A stretch of 64,000 bases of DNA from Candidatus Methanophagaceae archaeon (GCA_003194435.1 PQXC01000011.1:9433-73432); one strand, 5' to 3'; shown: positions 1 to 9,954, numbered from the stretch's first letter. Translations and numbers: made by a program. Notes: a model not told the origin generated them from the letters alone.

Positions 1-86
1 AGCCGCGAAGCAAGTTGATCAGAGTAATACAGGAGCGCATAAGTGAATTGAAATCGAGAGTAGAAGCGGGGGTTGATGCGTTATGA
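1..86 (+). CDS. 3' end of a gene (probably DUF5752-like), truncated by the window start
   Basis: Frame 3 reads PRSKLIRVIQERISELKSRVEAGVDAL*; its TGA overlaps the next ATG (ATGA at 83-86). Confidence 0.5.
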   Translation, partial: PRSKLIRVIQERISELKSRVEAGVDAL

Positions 87-478
87 CAGCGGGAGAGCAG
101 AAGAAAAGGGTAACGAAAGTGAAAGAGCAGAAGCAAAAGAAAGAGAGGATTGCAGCAGAGATAAATAAGAAGAAAACAGAGCTGTCCAGGCTCGCAAATT
201 CTTTATTCGACCCCGTGGGGAAGAATCCATATTACCTGAACAGGGGCAGCAGTAGCATAGCTATAAAAAACATGGCTGAGTTGAGAGATAATCTCGAGAT
301 GTTCACCAGGGACGAGGCTCTCTGGCTTGCGTCGTGGATAGAGTATCTCGGCGACGAAGAAACCGCAGCGAGAATTAGAGAGACACCAGACGAGTTCGCG
401 GCGATCATCACCGAGCGACATGAGGAACTGCAGGAATTCTTCAGTCCCGGAAATAGACCGATAGATAGAAGAAAATGA
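83..478 (+). CDS. DUF5752-like protein (accompanies alpha-glucan genes)
   Basis: NPYYLNRG..IKNMAEL...WLASWIEYLGDEETAARI pattern; ATGA-coupled to the GT4 gene. Confidence 0.55.
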   Translation: MTAGEQKKRVTKVKEQKQKKERIAAEINKKKTELSRLANSLFDPVGKNPYYLNRGSSSIAIKNMAELRDNLEMFTRDEALWLASWIEYLGDEETAARIRETPDEFAAIITERHEELQEFFSPGNRPIDRRK

Positions 479-1638
479 GAATCGCAATGTTTAGCTGGGA
501 ATCTTTACATTCGATTGCGGTCGGTGGTGTTGCGGCACATGTTACTGAGCTCGCTGCTGCTCTCCAAAGAGCCGGGAATGAAGTACACGTGTTCACGAGG
601 ATGGGGGATGGGCAGCAGCATTACGAGGTGATAGATGGAGTGCATTATCATCGCTGCCCTTTCGACCTGAATCCAAACTTCATAGAAGAGATGAACAATA
701 TGTGCCATTCTTTCGCTTATCATTTCTTCCAGACTGAGAACGTTTCTGGCAGCTTCGATATCGTCCATGGGCATGACTGGATGACCGCGAACGCACTCGG
801 GGAGATAAAGAATGCGAGAGCTAAAAAAATCGTTTTCACACTCCATTCAACCGAATATGGGAGGTGTGGGAATGTATTCTATGAGGGGCAATCGCGAGAT
901 ATAAGGAACCTCGAATGGTACGGCGGATTTCTCGCTGATAAAATAATAGCCACTTCAGAGACGATAAAGAACGAAGCGAAGTGGATATACAACTTCGAGG
1001 ACTGGAAGATAGCGATGATCCCGAACGGTGTTTCACTGAGTAAATTCAATGGCTTTGTGGACCCGTGGAGGGGTGTGAAGAAGAGATTTGGGGCAGGTGT
1101 TTGGGACCCTATGTGTCTGTTTGTAGGCAGGATGACCGTCCAGAAAGGAGCTGATTTGCTGTTAGAAGCTATACCTTCTGTATTGGCTGATTTCCCCGAT
1201 GCTAAGTTCTTCTTCGTCGGCGATGGCTACATGAGAGCTGGTCTGGAACATAGAGCTTGGGAGCTTAACGTGCAGCATGCATGCCGCTTTTTAGGCTATA
1301 TACCAGAAAGCGAGCTTGTGAGCTGCTACAAGGCATGTGATGTGGTCTGCATTCCATCGCGAAACGAACCTTTTGGCATTGTAGCACTGGAGGCATGGGC
1401 AGCAGGCAAGCCAATTGTGGTAACGCACAACGGTTTCGACTACGTCTGGCATGATGTGAATGGGCTGAAGGTATATGACAATCCAGGTTCTATTGCATGG
1501 GGTATAAAGACGATATTTAGCGATTTTGAACGCGGGAGATGGATGGGCTCTAATGGAAGGAAGACCGCGGAGGGGTTCTCATGGGATAATATAGCGAAGA
1601 TGACGATGGGCGTGTACGAGGAGATATCAGGGCGATGA
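475..1638 (+). CDS. GT4 family glycosyltransferase (glycogen synthase-like)
   Basis: WES..GGVAAHV, HGHDW, FVGRM..QKG, PSRNEPFGIVALEAW motifs. Confidence 0.9.
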   Translation: MRIAMFSWESLHSIAVGGVAAHVTELAAALQRAGNEVHVFTRMGDGQQHYEVIDGVHYHRCPFDLNPNFIEEMNNMCHSFAYHFFQTENVSGSFDIVHGHDWMTANALGEIKNARAKKIVFTLHSTEYGRCGNVFYEGQSRDIRNLEWYGGFLADKIIATSETIKNEAKWIYNFEDWKIAMIPNGVSLSKFNGFVDPWRGVKKRFGAGVWDPMCLFVGRMTVQKGADLLLEAIPSVLADFPDAKFFFVGDGYMRAGLEHRAWELNVQHACRFLGYIPESELVSCYKACDVVCIPSRNEPFGIVALEAWAAGKPIVVTHNGFDYVWHDVNGLKVYDNPGSIAWGIKTIFSDFERGRWMGSNGRKTAEGFSWDNIAKMTMGVYEEISGR

Positions 1639-2114
1639 GTAATAAATTGGAATCCCTGGGTAATGCGATAATGGATAAGCGAACATTGATTGCAATAATT
1701 GTGATAGCAATTCTGTGGCGAGCAGGCATAAGTTCGGATGATAAGATAGCGCTATGGGAAAGTGAGTGTTCGGGCATCGCCCTTTTCGTAATGGGCTGGG
1801 CTCTATTTGCTTACATATTTTATATGAGCCGGGGACTGAAGGGATGGTTGGAATTGAACAAGATTTACCGCTGGATTGCCGTTAGTCTGGCAGCTATAAA
1901 CGTTTATGTTATAGTTTACTACGCAATGCGATGGTACAGACTGGCAGGAGTGGGGGGTGTGAGTGAATCTTTGGTGCCCTATGATTTCCTTTTCAGAGAC
2001 ATAAGATACCTTCTGCTGGTGGTGTTTTATTGCGTGGTAATATGGCTGGCGAAGTATCTGAAGAAGGTGTATGGGGATTATACGTTGCTGTTCAAGGAAC
2101 CGTCGAAGGTGTAA
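1635..2114 (+). CDS. membrane protein, about 4 TM helices
   Basis: Four hydrophobic stretches; ATGA overlap with the GT4 stop. Confidence 0.7.
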   Translation: MSNKLESLGNAIMDKRTLIAIIVIAILWRAGISSDDKIALWESECSGIALFVMGWALFAYIFYMSRGLKGWLELNKIYRWIAVSLAAINVYVIVYYAMRWYRLAGVGGVSESLVPYDFLFRDIRYLLLVVFYCVVIWLAKYLKKVYGDYTLLFKEPSKV

Positions 2115-2145
2115 AAACAAAAAACAAAAGGAAAGGAGAAGGAAA

Positions 2146-2556
2146 ATGGGAAAGAGAAAGAATATCACAATAAGTGAGGATTCAAGCGCAGAAGAACTCG
2201 CACCGATAGCAAAAGCAGTGAACGATTTGCTTGTGATACCGGTGACCGCGCGAAGCAAGAACAGGCGAGGTGTGAGAGTGGAGAAGGGTGAAGTGGTTGA
2301 CTTTGATTACACCGGTCCGGTGCTGGAGAGGGTATTGAAAGAGAACAGGGTGATTCGAACAACACCGCTAACAGGCAGATATGCTCGTATACCTGTTATT
2401 GTTGCCCCTATCAGGAACGAAGAGGGAGAGGCAATAGCAGCGCTTGGCGTCGTTGATATTGTAGGAACAGTGGATTTAGGAGCTGTATTTGCCGACTTCC
2501 CACGCGTTCTCGAACAAATCAGGGCACATCCAGAGGCAAATAAACCCAAGGTTTAA
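2146..2556 (+). CDS. DUF2111 domain protein (methanogen/ANME conserved)
   Basis: PVTARS...GVRVEKGEVVDFDYTGPVLERVL...PVIVAPI...IAALGVVD; start moved to ATG 2146 after GGAGAAGG. Confidence 0.75.
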   Translation: MGKRKNITISEDSSAEELAPIAKAVNDLLVIPVTARSKNRRGVRVEKGEVVDFDYTGPVLERVLKENRVIRTTPLTGRYARIPVIVAPIRNEEGEAIAALGVVDIVGTVDLGAVFADFPRVLEQIRAHPEANKPKV

Positions 2557-2650
2557 CTCCGGTTCTTTCTTTCAAAATTTCAAAAAGAAAGCTTTACGAA
2601 AGAAACATTATTCTTTATGCACTATAAATAACTAAATAAGAGAGATAAAG

Positions 2651-3448
2651 ATGGAGATGAAAGTCCGCGACATAATGAGCACGCCTATAGTAACAGAAGA
2701 TGAGGATACACCTGTGATAGATATAGCGAAGGATATGAAAGAGCTGGGGATAGGCAGTGTGGTGATTACCTCAGAAGGCAATCCAGCGGGCATTGGTATC
2801 ATTACCGAGCGGGATATAGCATTAAAGGTTCTGCTAAAAGACAGAAAAGCGAGCGAGGTAAAAGCAAAAGAGATAATGTCCTCGCCTCTGATTACCATTG
2901 AGCCTGATATACCAGTGGAGAAGGCATGTGAGCTCATTGCGGAGAAGCGGATAAAGAGGCTGCCGGTGATTGAAAATGGTATACTCATCGGGATTATCAG
3001 CGTTAGAAACATATTATCACGGATGCCCGAGTGTGTCCGGAGGTTCTATCCCGAGGTGCGGGTGTTAGCCAGTGGATGGACACTTGACAGACTTGAGCGC
3101 GCTTTGAGTGAGGCTGAGAAGTTTTTAATAGCGAACGATGTGGACAGCTACAAGGAGCGGATAAAGGAGGTATATGAAGAGTTGAGGGAACTTATAGGCT
3201 TTTACAGAGATGACAGAGAGCTGAGGGAAGTATATGACAGATTTGAGGAGCTTTATAATCGCATGGAAGAGCCTTTAAGGGGGCAGAGGAAGAGGTTGGA
3301 GACGGTGCTGAGAAAAATGAGGCATATAACATACTGGAGGAAGCAACAGTCAATTTCCAGTTTCGCATCCGGTGTATTCTGGTTCCACGATTATCGGCAT
3401 GGTGTGGGTAAGGAACTTCGTTTGCCGTTCAAAAGAACTCGCCCCTGA
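2651..3448 (+). CDS. CBS-pair protein with C-terminal helical extension
   Basis: KVRDIMS..GIITERDI..EIMSSPLITI..IKRLPV..GIIS; charged helical tail. Confidence 0.85.
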   Translation: MEMKVRDIMSTPIVTEDEDTPVIDIAKDMKELGIGSVVITSEGNPAGIGIITERDIALKVLLKDRKASEVKAKEIMSSPLITIEPDIPVEKACELIAEKRIKRLPVIENGILIGIISVRNILSRMPECVRRFYPEVRVLASGWTLDRLERALSEAEKFLIANDVDSYKERIKEVYEELRELIGFYRDDRELREVYDRFEELYNRMEEPLRGQRKRLETVLRKMRHITYWRKQQSISSFASGVFWFHDYRHGVGKELRLPFKRTRP

Positions 3449-3529
3449 ATGCCTGTATGCGAATGAAAATGAAGAAAATCGAAAGTTTTATTTAGATTGC
3501 AGAGTTAAAGAGAAGGGAGGTGGGAAATA

Positions 3530-3943
3530 ATGGCAATGGAGATGCTGGAAGTTGGAGATATAATGACACCGAAGGTGATAACCGAAGATGAGGACACGCC
3601 TGTGACCCAGATATCGAGGGATATGGAATTGTCGGGTGTGGGGAGTGTGGTAATAACAAGGGATGGCAAGCCTGTGGGTATAATTACCGACCGAGACATA
3701 GCATTAAAGATCACAATGAAGAACAGAATACCCGGTGAGGTGAAGGCAAAAGAGATAATGTCCTCGCCTTTGATTACCGTTGAGATTGATACACCGGTGG
3801 AGAAGGCGTGTGAGATACTGGCTGAGAAGGGTATAAGAAGGCTGCCTGTGCTTGACGGTGAGAAGCTCGTTGGTATTGTTTCTGTTAGAAATATACTAAC
3901 GAGAAATCCTGCATGCGTTACAAAGTTCTATTACCCCGAGTGA
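3530..3943 (+). CDS. stand-alone CBS-pair protein, paralogue of the upstream gene
   Basis: Same CBS motifs; shares DNA stretches such as AAAAGAGATAATGTCCTCGCCT with 2651..3448. Confidence 0.9.
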   Translation: MAMEMLEVGDIMTPKVITEDEDTPVTQISRDMELSGVGSVVITRDGKPVGIITDRDIALKITMKNRIPGEVKAKEIMSSPLITVEIDTPVEKACEILAEKGIRRLPVLDGEKLVGIVSVRNILTRNPACVTKFYYPE

Positions 3944-3967
3944 TTAAAAAATAAACCGTGCTAATTT

Positions 3968-4225
3968 ATGAGAATAAAAGCGAGGATAAACATGAGGGGG
4001 GAGGATGCGTCTCTGGTAGCAGGTGCTTTGATGCCCGACAACGTGAATAATATAAAGACAGAGTTAAAGGAAAAGGACGGGAGTGCAATTGTTCATCTTG
4101 AAGCGTCCAGGATAGGAACGCTAATAGCGACCCTGGATGATTATCTGATGAATGCACGAGTGGCACAGGATATGGTGAAAATAGTAATAACGGAAGGAGA
4201 GAGAAGGAGAGACCTAATTATCTGA
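3968..4225 (+). CDS. pcc1: KEOPS complex subunit Pcc1
   Basis: 85 aa; AL.PDN...I.TL.ATLDDYLMN.RVA motif. Confidence 0.75.
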   Translation: MRIKARINMRGEDASLVAGALMPDNVNNIKTELKEKDGSAIVHLEASRIGTLIATLDDYLMNARVAQDMVKIVITEGERRRDLII

Positions 4226-5350
4226 TTGTACGCTACGCATCAGTTCCTTCGCTGCTTTTGTATCCTCGTATATCCGGTGCACCCATGCATCACCCCAGAA
4301 GAGGTTACAGCTCGTCTCCGCCCTCAATATATGCTCTTCCACTTCTGGAATCCTTCTACCGAGCCGATGATACTCCCTGCTCGTTGCCCACAGCTCTTCT
4401 ATGGCTGCTCGCTGCTTCTCTGTACCCTCCCACTGGCTGAAATCATAACCAGATGTATTTGCTACATTCCACGCACCTGTTCGGACCTCAACATAAGTTG
4501 AGGGTGGATTCTCTTCTACGAACTCACTTATCTTTATCGGGGTGATTGGATAATCTCCCCTTCGCACTTCCTCCATGTAAGGTGCGAAGAAATGTCCCCA
4601 GAATCCCGATGGCTCATGCATCTGTCTGAACCATCCTCCATTCTCACCATCTGACCATGTGGTAAGAAGACAATTCCCTTCACATCGCTCTGTCTTATGC
4701 ATGACTTCTTGCTCAAACCAGCCAGGGTCAAGTCCACTTTCCTGGGCATTACTTATATCCCTGTCTCTCGGGATTATCACTATCTCAGCGGAATTGTACT
4801 CGGCAATATGCGGCTTGTACATTATGTCCTCTCTCCGCATACTCCCGCTCTTTGGCTTCACATGTACGCTATCAACAACAACGTATTTAAAACCTGTATC
4901 CTTCAGCACTGGTATCATCTCCATGCAGAAGCCCATCTCAGGGGGCCAGAAGCCCTGGGCACTCAAGCCAAGTGCTTTCGCCCGTTGCTTCCATCGTTCT
5001 ATCTGTGGTTTCCAATCCTCCATTGGTATCAGAGGGAAGAGGGGATGATAATAACCCATGCCAAGGAATTCAATTCCCCTTGCTGCGGGATATTCCTGCA
5101 TTACCCTCTTCAGGTCCAATATTGCAGAGAAACTTTCTATTATATGTGGGCTGCAGAGCTGCTCCAGCAGTATACCGGAGAAGCCCAGATGGATCCTCGC
5201 TACATCTTCATAGCGCGATACATATCTCAGGGGACGCTCATAGCACAATATTATCTCCTTTGCCTCCCACTCTCTTGTTCGGAGCAACAAATCTATATTC
5301 CCGGGAGGCTGGTGCATGTGCAAACCCAGGGCGTGATATATACGGGGCAT
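4214..5350 (-). CDS. glycoside hydrolase family 57
   Basis: HMHQP, YYHPLFPLIP, GFWPPEMGF (nucleophile Glu), SDGENG, AETSC. Confidence 0.9.
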   Translation of the reverse strand: MPRIYHALGLHMHQPPGNIDLLLRTREWEAKEIILCYERPLRYVSRYEDVARIHLGFSGILLEQLCSPHIIESFSAILDLKRVMQEYPAARGIEFLGMGYYHPLFPLIPMEDWKPQIERWKQRAKALGLSAQGFWPPEMGFCMEMIPVLKDTGFKYVVVDSVHVKPKSGSMRREDIMYKPHIAEYNSAEIVIIPRDRDISNAQESGLDPGWFEQEVMHKTERCEGNCLLTTWSDGENGGWFRQMHEPSGFWGHFFAPYMEEVRRGDYPITPIKISEFVEENPPSTYVEVRTGAWNVANTSGYDFSQWEGTEKQRAAIEELWATSREYHRLGRRIPEVEEHILRAETSCNLFWGDAWVHRIYEDTKAAKELMRSVQSDN

Positions 5351-5351
5351 A

Positions 5352-6260
5352 TCATATCACAAAATACGCGCCCTTTTGATGGGGATATGATAAGATATCT
5401 GTATCTGTGTTTATCTTTAAGTTATCCTCCAGCTCCTTACACCTGTTCCGGATGGTAATCGGAGTTGTACCTGCGACCTTCGCTATATCCTTCTCCGAAA
5501 CCGAGACGCCACTCAAATTCGCAGCAAGATATATCGCTGCTGCTGCGGTGCCAGTTGGTCCCCAACCCTTCGCTGTTCCAGCACTCTCGTTTGCTTTCAG
5601 TATCTCTATCGCTCTCTCCCTTATCGCGTCGCTCAACCCCAGCTCAGAGCAGAATCTGGGTACATACTGCGCGGGATCTGCGGGCGCAAGTTTTATCCCA
5701 AGCCTGCGCACAAGGAATATATATGCGCGCCTTATCTTGCGCAGGGGTACTCGCGAGACCTGCTCAATCTCCTTCAGTGTTCGCGGTACATGATACTGCC
5801 TGCACACAATGTACAACATTGCAGAAGCTAATTCCTCTATACTTCGACCTTTTATCAAATTCTGCTTCGCTGCTCGCCGGTATAACACAGAAGTTGCCTC
5901 TCTGATCTCTGTTGGTAGTTTAAGCGCGCTTGCCATTCTATCTATCTCCCCAAGCGCAAAAGAGAGGATCTTCTCACTGCTATCCATATTTATTATCCCT
6001 CGCAATTTCTTTGTCCGGGTGAGAACTTCTGGCACAGATGTGCTCAAGCCCTTATTATGAATCCTGTAGCTCATAGGAGGACCTGTTCTGACACGCTTTG
6101 ATGCTTGCTCCTCGTCATAGGAACGCCACTCAGGTCCAGGGTCCACAAGATTCTCCGCTATCACTACTCCACAGTCAGCGCAATACACTTCCGCATGCCT
6201 GGGGTCTGTTATCAGGTTCTTGGACCCGCATTCCGGACACTTCTTTATCCTCTCATCCAT
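5352..6260 (-). CDS. tfb: transcription initiation factor IIB (TFB paralogue)
   Basis: CPECG..C.DCG Zn ribbon, GPEWRSY B-reader, two cyclin repeats (KGRSIE, PRTLKEI, TIRNR). Confidence 0.95.
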   Translation of the reverse strand: MDERIKKCPECGSKNLITDPRHAEVYCADCGVVIAENLVDPGPEWRSYDEEQASKRVRTGPPMSYRIHNKGLSTSVPEVLTRTKKLRGIINMDSSEKILSFALGEIDRMASALKLPTEIREATSVLYRRAAKQNLIKGRSIEELASAMLYIVCRQYHVPRTLKEIEQVSRVPLRKIRRAYIFLVRRLGIKLAPADPAQYVPRFCSELGLSDAIRERAIEILKANESAGTAKGWGPTGTAAAAIYLAANLSGVSVSEKDIAKVAGTTPITIRNRCKELEDNLKINTDTDILSYPHQKGAYFVI

Positions 6261-6354
6261 ATCTTAACTAAATATATATTGTTTTTTTAGTACATAAAAC
6301 TTCCCTTCCCTTCTGAAAATATGTCGGGTCGGGGTGCAACAAATACCACTGCTG

Positions 6355-6657
6355 TTATTTGAACCTCTTCTTGAACTCCGAGATCACCTCCTCCACTTTG
6401 TTCGTGATGCGATATTTCCTTATCGCCTTGCCCTTTGACTTCGGTAGCTCCGAGATTTCATATTTACTATCCAGGAACCCATGCTCCTCCAGAGTGAGTA
6501 GATGATAAGAGACAAGCCGTCTTTCCTCACCGAGCGCATTACTTATCTCATTTATGTGCATCTGCTTATCTGCCAGTAGCTCCACAATCCTGAATCTTAT
6601 CGGATGTAAGAGCACATGAATCTCCTTTATCAGCTCATCCTCGATCTTCATCCCCAT
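6355..6657 (-). CDS. ArsR-type winged-helix transcription regulator
   Basis: LHPIRFRIVELL...INEISNAL...VSYHLLTLEEHGFL; start uncertain (6657 or 6684). Confidence 0.8.
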   Translation of the reverse strand: MGMKIEDELIKEIHVLLHPIRFRIVELLADKQMHINEISNALGEERRLVSYHLLTLEEHGFLDSKYEISELPKSKGKAIRKYRITNKVEEVISEFKKRFK

Positions 6658-6815
6658 CTTCGTAACAGCATAGCCCTTCTTCAATTTTATCTTTTTCGGT
6701 TTTTTCTCAATACTTCTCCATAAGGGAAACTATTGTTGCCTCAATGCTAAAAATCTTATAAAGCCAAAAACCAAAAAAATAAAAAATGAGGAGTTTGAGT
6801 TAATTACTCCCTCTA

Positions 6816-7091
6816 TTAGCCTTTTATATACCCCATGGTTACCTTTCTTGCGAATTGTTCCACCATATCAGCACCGCAGTTGGGGCACTTAGCAACGAGT
6901 TTGCCGAGCGTCGCACCGCATACCGGGCATTTGTCAAATACATTCTTCGATTGCATTGCATCCCCCCAAGCCCAACCGCGATGCGATGCCATTATATGTT
7001 CCACTATCTTATCCACCAGCGCATCCTTGTCTGCCGCTGTGAACGTTTGATTGCAGACATAACAAATACCTTCCACCATTTTTACCACCAT
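6816..7091 (-). CDS. small double zinc-binding protein
   Basis: CYVC...H...H followed by CPVCG..CPNCG. Confidence 0.7.
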   Translation of the reverse strand: MVVKMVEGICYVCNQTFTAADKDALVDKIVEHIMASHRGWAWGDAMQSKNVFDKCPVCGATLGKLVAKCPNCGADMVEQFARKVTMGYIKG

Positions 7092-7217
7092 TGTTAGTTT
7101 AGTTTACATACATTTAAATTTTTCCATTTTCTTGAATGTTCCAATTCTGAGAAGCTAAAAATATTCATATATGTTCAAATCTTATGATTTTATTAAATGA
7201 TTGTAATATATAATCTG

Positions 7218-8414
7218 CTATCTATATCTATGCCCTAATCTCTCTGGATTCCTGGCATATACCTCAAATCCGGGTATTATCGCCCTTACTACCGGTATCC
7301 CAATCTCCTTACGCGTCAGATCCACCACGATCACTCGCTTTTCAATCGCTCGCAACCGCTCAAGCGCTATCTTTATATCTCCATCTATTGTATCAGTCGC
7401 CAGGTCGGGTAGCTCGTTCAATTTCACCGCATCCTTATCCTTATCCCTATCCCTATCCTTAGTCTCAAACCAGTGCCTGTTCATTCTTTTTACCGTCTCG
7501 TAATCCACAGGCGTACTGCCACTGCCTTTTACTATTTGCATGAGCCTGGACTGTGCAGCTTCTGTTATCGCTCTTATCGCTGCAATCCTCGGGTCACTGT
7601 GTGTACCTGCGCCATAGACGAGAAGATTCGGGTCCTTCTCAGGGCTATCCAGGGCTAAAGCAACGGTGGGAAATCCGACATCTGTTGGAATATACCAGAA
7701 ATAGGTTCCAATACCCTGAGAATTGAATCTCTCTTTAAGCTCATATATCAAGCCATCATCCTCTTCTATCTCTATTCTTTTACCTGCATCCTTCTTTATC
7801 TCGGCATAACTCAATGCATCTCGCTCTATCACTTCCATTATGCCATGAAAAATCGCCTCCTCCTGGTTGTTACCCGAAGCTATACCATTACTATCACTCC
7901 TGAACAGCCTTCCTCCTCTGGTTGTGGTGTATGGATGGTAAACGGCATTTGCAGGCAGAAGAACTTCCTCCTCCGCCATGAGGTCATAACCCTCACACCA
8001 CTCTATCTTGCTATCGGGAGTCACCTTAGAGAGCGCACTCAATATAAGAGAAGAGGGCTCTACCTTCTTCTCTCTGTTGCCTTCATTATACGATTCAAAG
8101 CGGAATTTAGCACGGTCTTCTTCTTTTATTTCCGCGGAATAACGCTCTATTGCCTCCATAAGCACTGATACCCGCGCCTGGTCCCCCGTTAGACCCTTGC
8201 CCGTGTGAACCGGGGCAGCACCCGCTTCCGTGCCGGGTCTATATGCCAGATATACCGGTATATTGAGTTTATCCCGTCCGGTAATATCCTCTATCCTGCT
8301 TATTCCTACTTTATCGGTCAGCGTTTCTACTCGCCTCAGCGTCTCCACAGGTGTTAATGTGCGGTGTGTATCGAAGAAGTACCTCTTCGGTCTCCGTCTG
8401 AGCTTTATCTGCAT
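7218..8414 (-). CDS. ycaO: YcaO cyclodehydratase/thioamide synthetase, McrA thioglycine (methanogenesis marker 1) type
   Basis: GKG..QARVS.LMEAIERYSAE, SNGIASGN, EVIERDA, GAGTH.DP..A..RAITEAAQSR, GIPVVRAIIPGFE. Confidence 0.9.
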   Translation of the reverse strand: MQIKLRRRPKRYFFDTHRTLTPVETLRRVETLTDKVGISRIEDITGRDKLNIPVYLAYRPGTEAGAAPVHTGKGLTGDQARVSVLMEAIERYSAEIKEEDRAKFRFESYNEGNREKKVEPSSLILSALSKVTPDSKIEWCEGYDLMAEEEVLLPANAVYHPYTTTRGGRLFRSDSNGIASGNNQEEAIFHGIMEVIERDALSYAEIKKDAGKRIEIEEDDGLIYELKERFNSQGIGTYFWYIPTDVGFPTVALALDSPEKDPNLLVYGAGTHSDPRIAAIRAITEAAQSRLMQIVKGSGSTPVDYETVKRMNRHWFETKDRDRDKDKDAVKLNELPDLATDTIDGDIKIALERLRAIEKRVIVVDLTRKEIGIPVVRAIIPGFEVYARNPERLGHRYR

Positions 8415-8475
8415 TTTTCAGCACCTTTTATATATGAATAAAACAATTGGTTAATTTAATATTAGAAAGGAAAAA

Positions 8476-8721
8476 ATGTCAGAAAGAGAAGAGACAGCAG
8501 AGGAGAGAAGCCGAAGATGGATGGAGCGAGAAGCTGCGAAGGCAGATAAAGAGGAAGGTGGGAGAGCGGTGAAGAAGATGCGGTGCGCGAAGTGTGGTAA
8601 GGAAGTGGATGAATATCTGGAGGTAGCCGGGCGTATCCTCTGCCTGGAATGCTATGCAGAGGAGGAAGCAGATGAATTTGGCGCTCTGGAGATGCCCGGG
8701 GAAGGAGGTGGCGCGGGTTAA
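8476..8721 (+). CDS. small acidic zinc-finger protein
   Basis: CAKC...CLEC; purine-rich codon usage; TAATG coupling to the next gene. Confidence 0.6.
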   Translation: MSEREETAEERSRRWMEREAAKADKEEGGRAVKKMRCAKCGKEVDEYLEVAGRILCLECYAEEEADEFGALEMPGEGGGAG

Positions 8722-9023
8722 TGGATAGAAAGAAGTATTCGCTACCAATCCCTCGTGGTGTAACTACCGGGATAGTATTCGAGGCGGCGGAGAAGTTTGG
8801 ACTGGAGGTGGACCAGGAGAAGGCGAATCCAGATGAAGCCTTCGACCCCCGTACTGGCTTTCCCATTCGAGATTTTGTACCACGTATGATACTGATTGGA
8901 GATTCACCCGAGAAGCTATTGGCGGCGAAGGAATACATAGATAAGAAGCATGAGGAATGGATAGAGCATCTGGAGGAATGGCGTACGAGGCGACGTATGC
9001 AGATATTGGGCAAGAGCAAATAA
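8721..9023 (+). CDS. conserved hypothetical protein (methanogen-type small protein)
   Basis: Y.L.IP.G....I.FEAAEKFGLEV pattern; coupled to the upstream gene. Confidence 0.6.
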   Translation: MDRKKYSLPIPRGVTTGIVFEAAEKFGLEVDQEKANPDEAFDPRTGFPIRDFVPRMILIGDSPEKLLAAKEYIDKKHEEWIEHLEEWRTRRRMQILGKSK

Positions 9024-9033
9024 AACTGCTTCG

Positions 9034-9954
9034 TTAATCTTCTAACCCTGATAAAGATAAAGTGCCTGTATAAACCCAATAGTCGAAATATCCATCGCTC
9101 TCTTTGTTCTCTTTTATCTCTCCTTTAAACGTATCCTTCAGTATATCGTCCAGAATCTTCGCCTCCTCCTCGCTTGAAACAGTGAACAGGACTTTCCCTC
9201 CTTCCCTTAGCACCTTTGGCACTTCTCTTAAGACCTTCTCCCAATTGAAGACTTCGTAGGGTGTTAGTTTGCCTACCATAAACCCAAACACGACGTCAAA
9301 TTCACGGCTGAAGAACGAGGAAAGAAGAGAGCAATCAAGTACGATGCTCTTCCTGGGCTCAAGCACACCCTCCTCCAGCCCCCTGCATATCTCACACTTG
9401 TTTATATCCACAGTGATGGGAGAGATGCCCAGTTCGTGCAGCGCTATTGTCGCTTCACCCGCACCACAGCCAATCTCAATTGTATCACCGATAGGGGCAG
9501 GGGCTTCCCCTAAAAACATAATTAGTAGCTTCTTCAGTGCCTCTATCCTCGCACGCGAATAAAAACTCGCCTCCTTTATACCACAATCGCAGAACAATCG
9601 GTTCACCAGGCTGGTGGAATAGAACTCAATCACACCCTCACGAAACGCCCTCCACTTTACCTCCACCTCACGTTCTCTATCACCCCCTATATCGGCTGTA
9701 AGGGCGTTAAATTCCTCTATCTCTCTTCGACCCGCGATGAAATCGGTGAATACAATCCAGAAACCCAACTCCCTGTCATGTATCGCAATACCTATAAGTG
9801 CGCTACTCTCATTGTATATCCGCAATAACTCGTCTACATCTGCTCTTTTCACCTTACGCATGTAATCGAGTGTCTTTGGTATCCACCGCTGTTCTGCGTA
9901 GCTACTCTCCACCAGCATAAAGTCCCCTATCCCCAGTAACTCGTTTAATTGCAT
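9034..9954 (-). CDS. class I SAM-dependent methyltransferase
   Basis: IEIGCGAG motif I, VDIN, FDVVFG, LREGGKVLF. Confidence 0.85.
   Translation of the reverse strand: MQLNELLGIGDFMLVESSYAEQRWIPKTLDYMRKVKRADVDELLRIYNESSALIGIAIHDRELGFWIVFTDFIAGRREIEEFNALTADIGGDREREVEVKWRAFREGVIEFYSTSLVNRLFCDCGIKEASFYSRARIEALKKLLIMFLGEAPAPIGDTIEIGCGAGEATIALHELGISPITVDINKCEICRGLEEGVLEPRKSIVLDCSLLSSFFSREFDVVFGFMVGKLTPYEVFNWEKVLREVPKVLREGGKVLFTVSSEEEAKILDDILKDTFKGEIKENKESDGYFDYWVYTGTLSLSGLED

Noticed and set aside
4697-5458. 253-aa plus-strand ORF and many other antisense ORFs in the track (e.g. 8462-9079, 10704-11234, 34894-35469, 48058-48681, 49728-50363)
   Set aside because: They shadow well-supported genes on the opposite strand and show no recognisable motifs.
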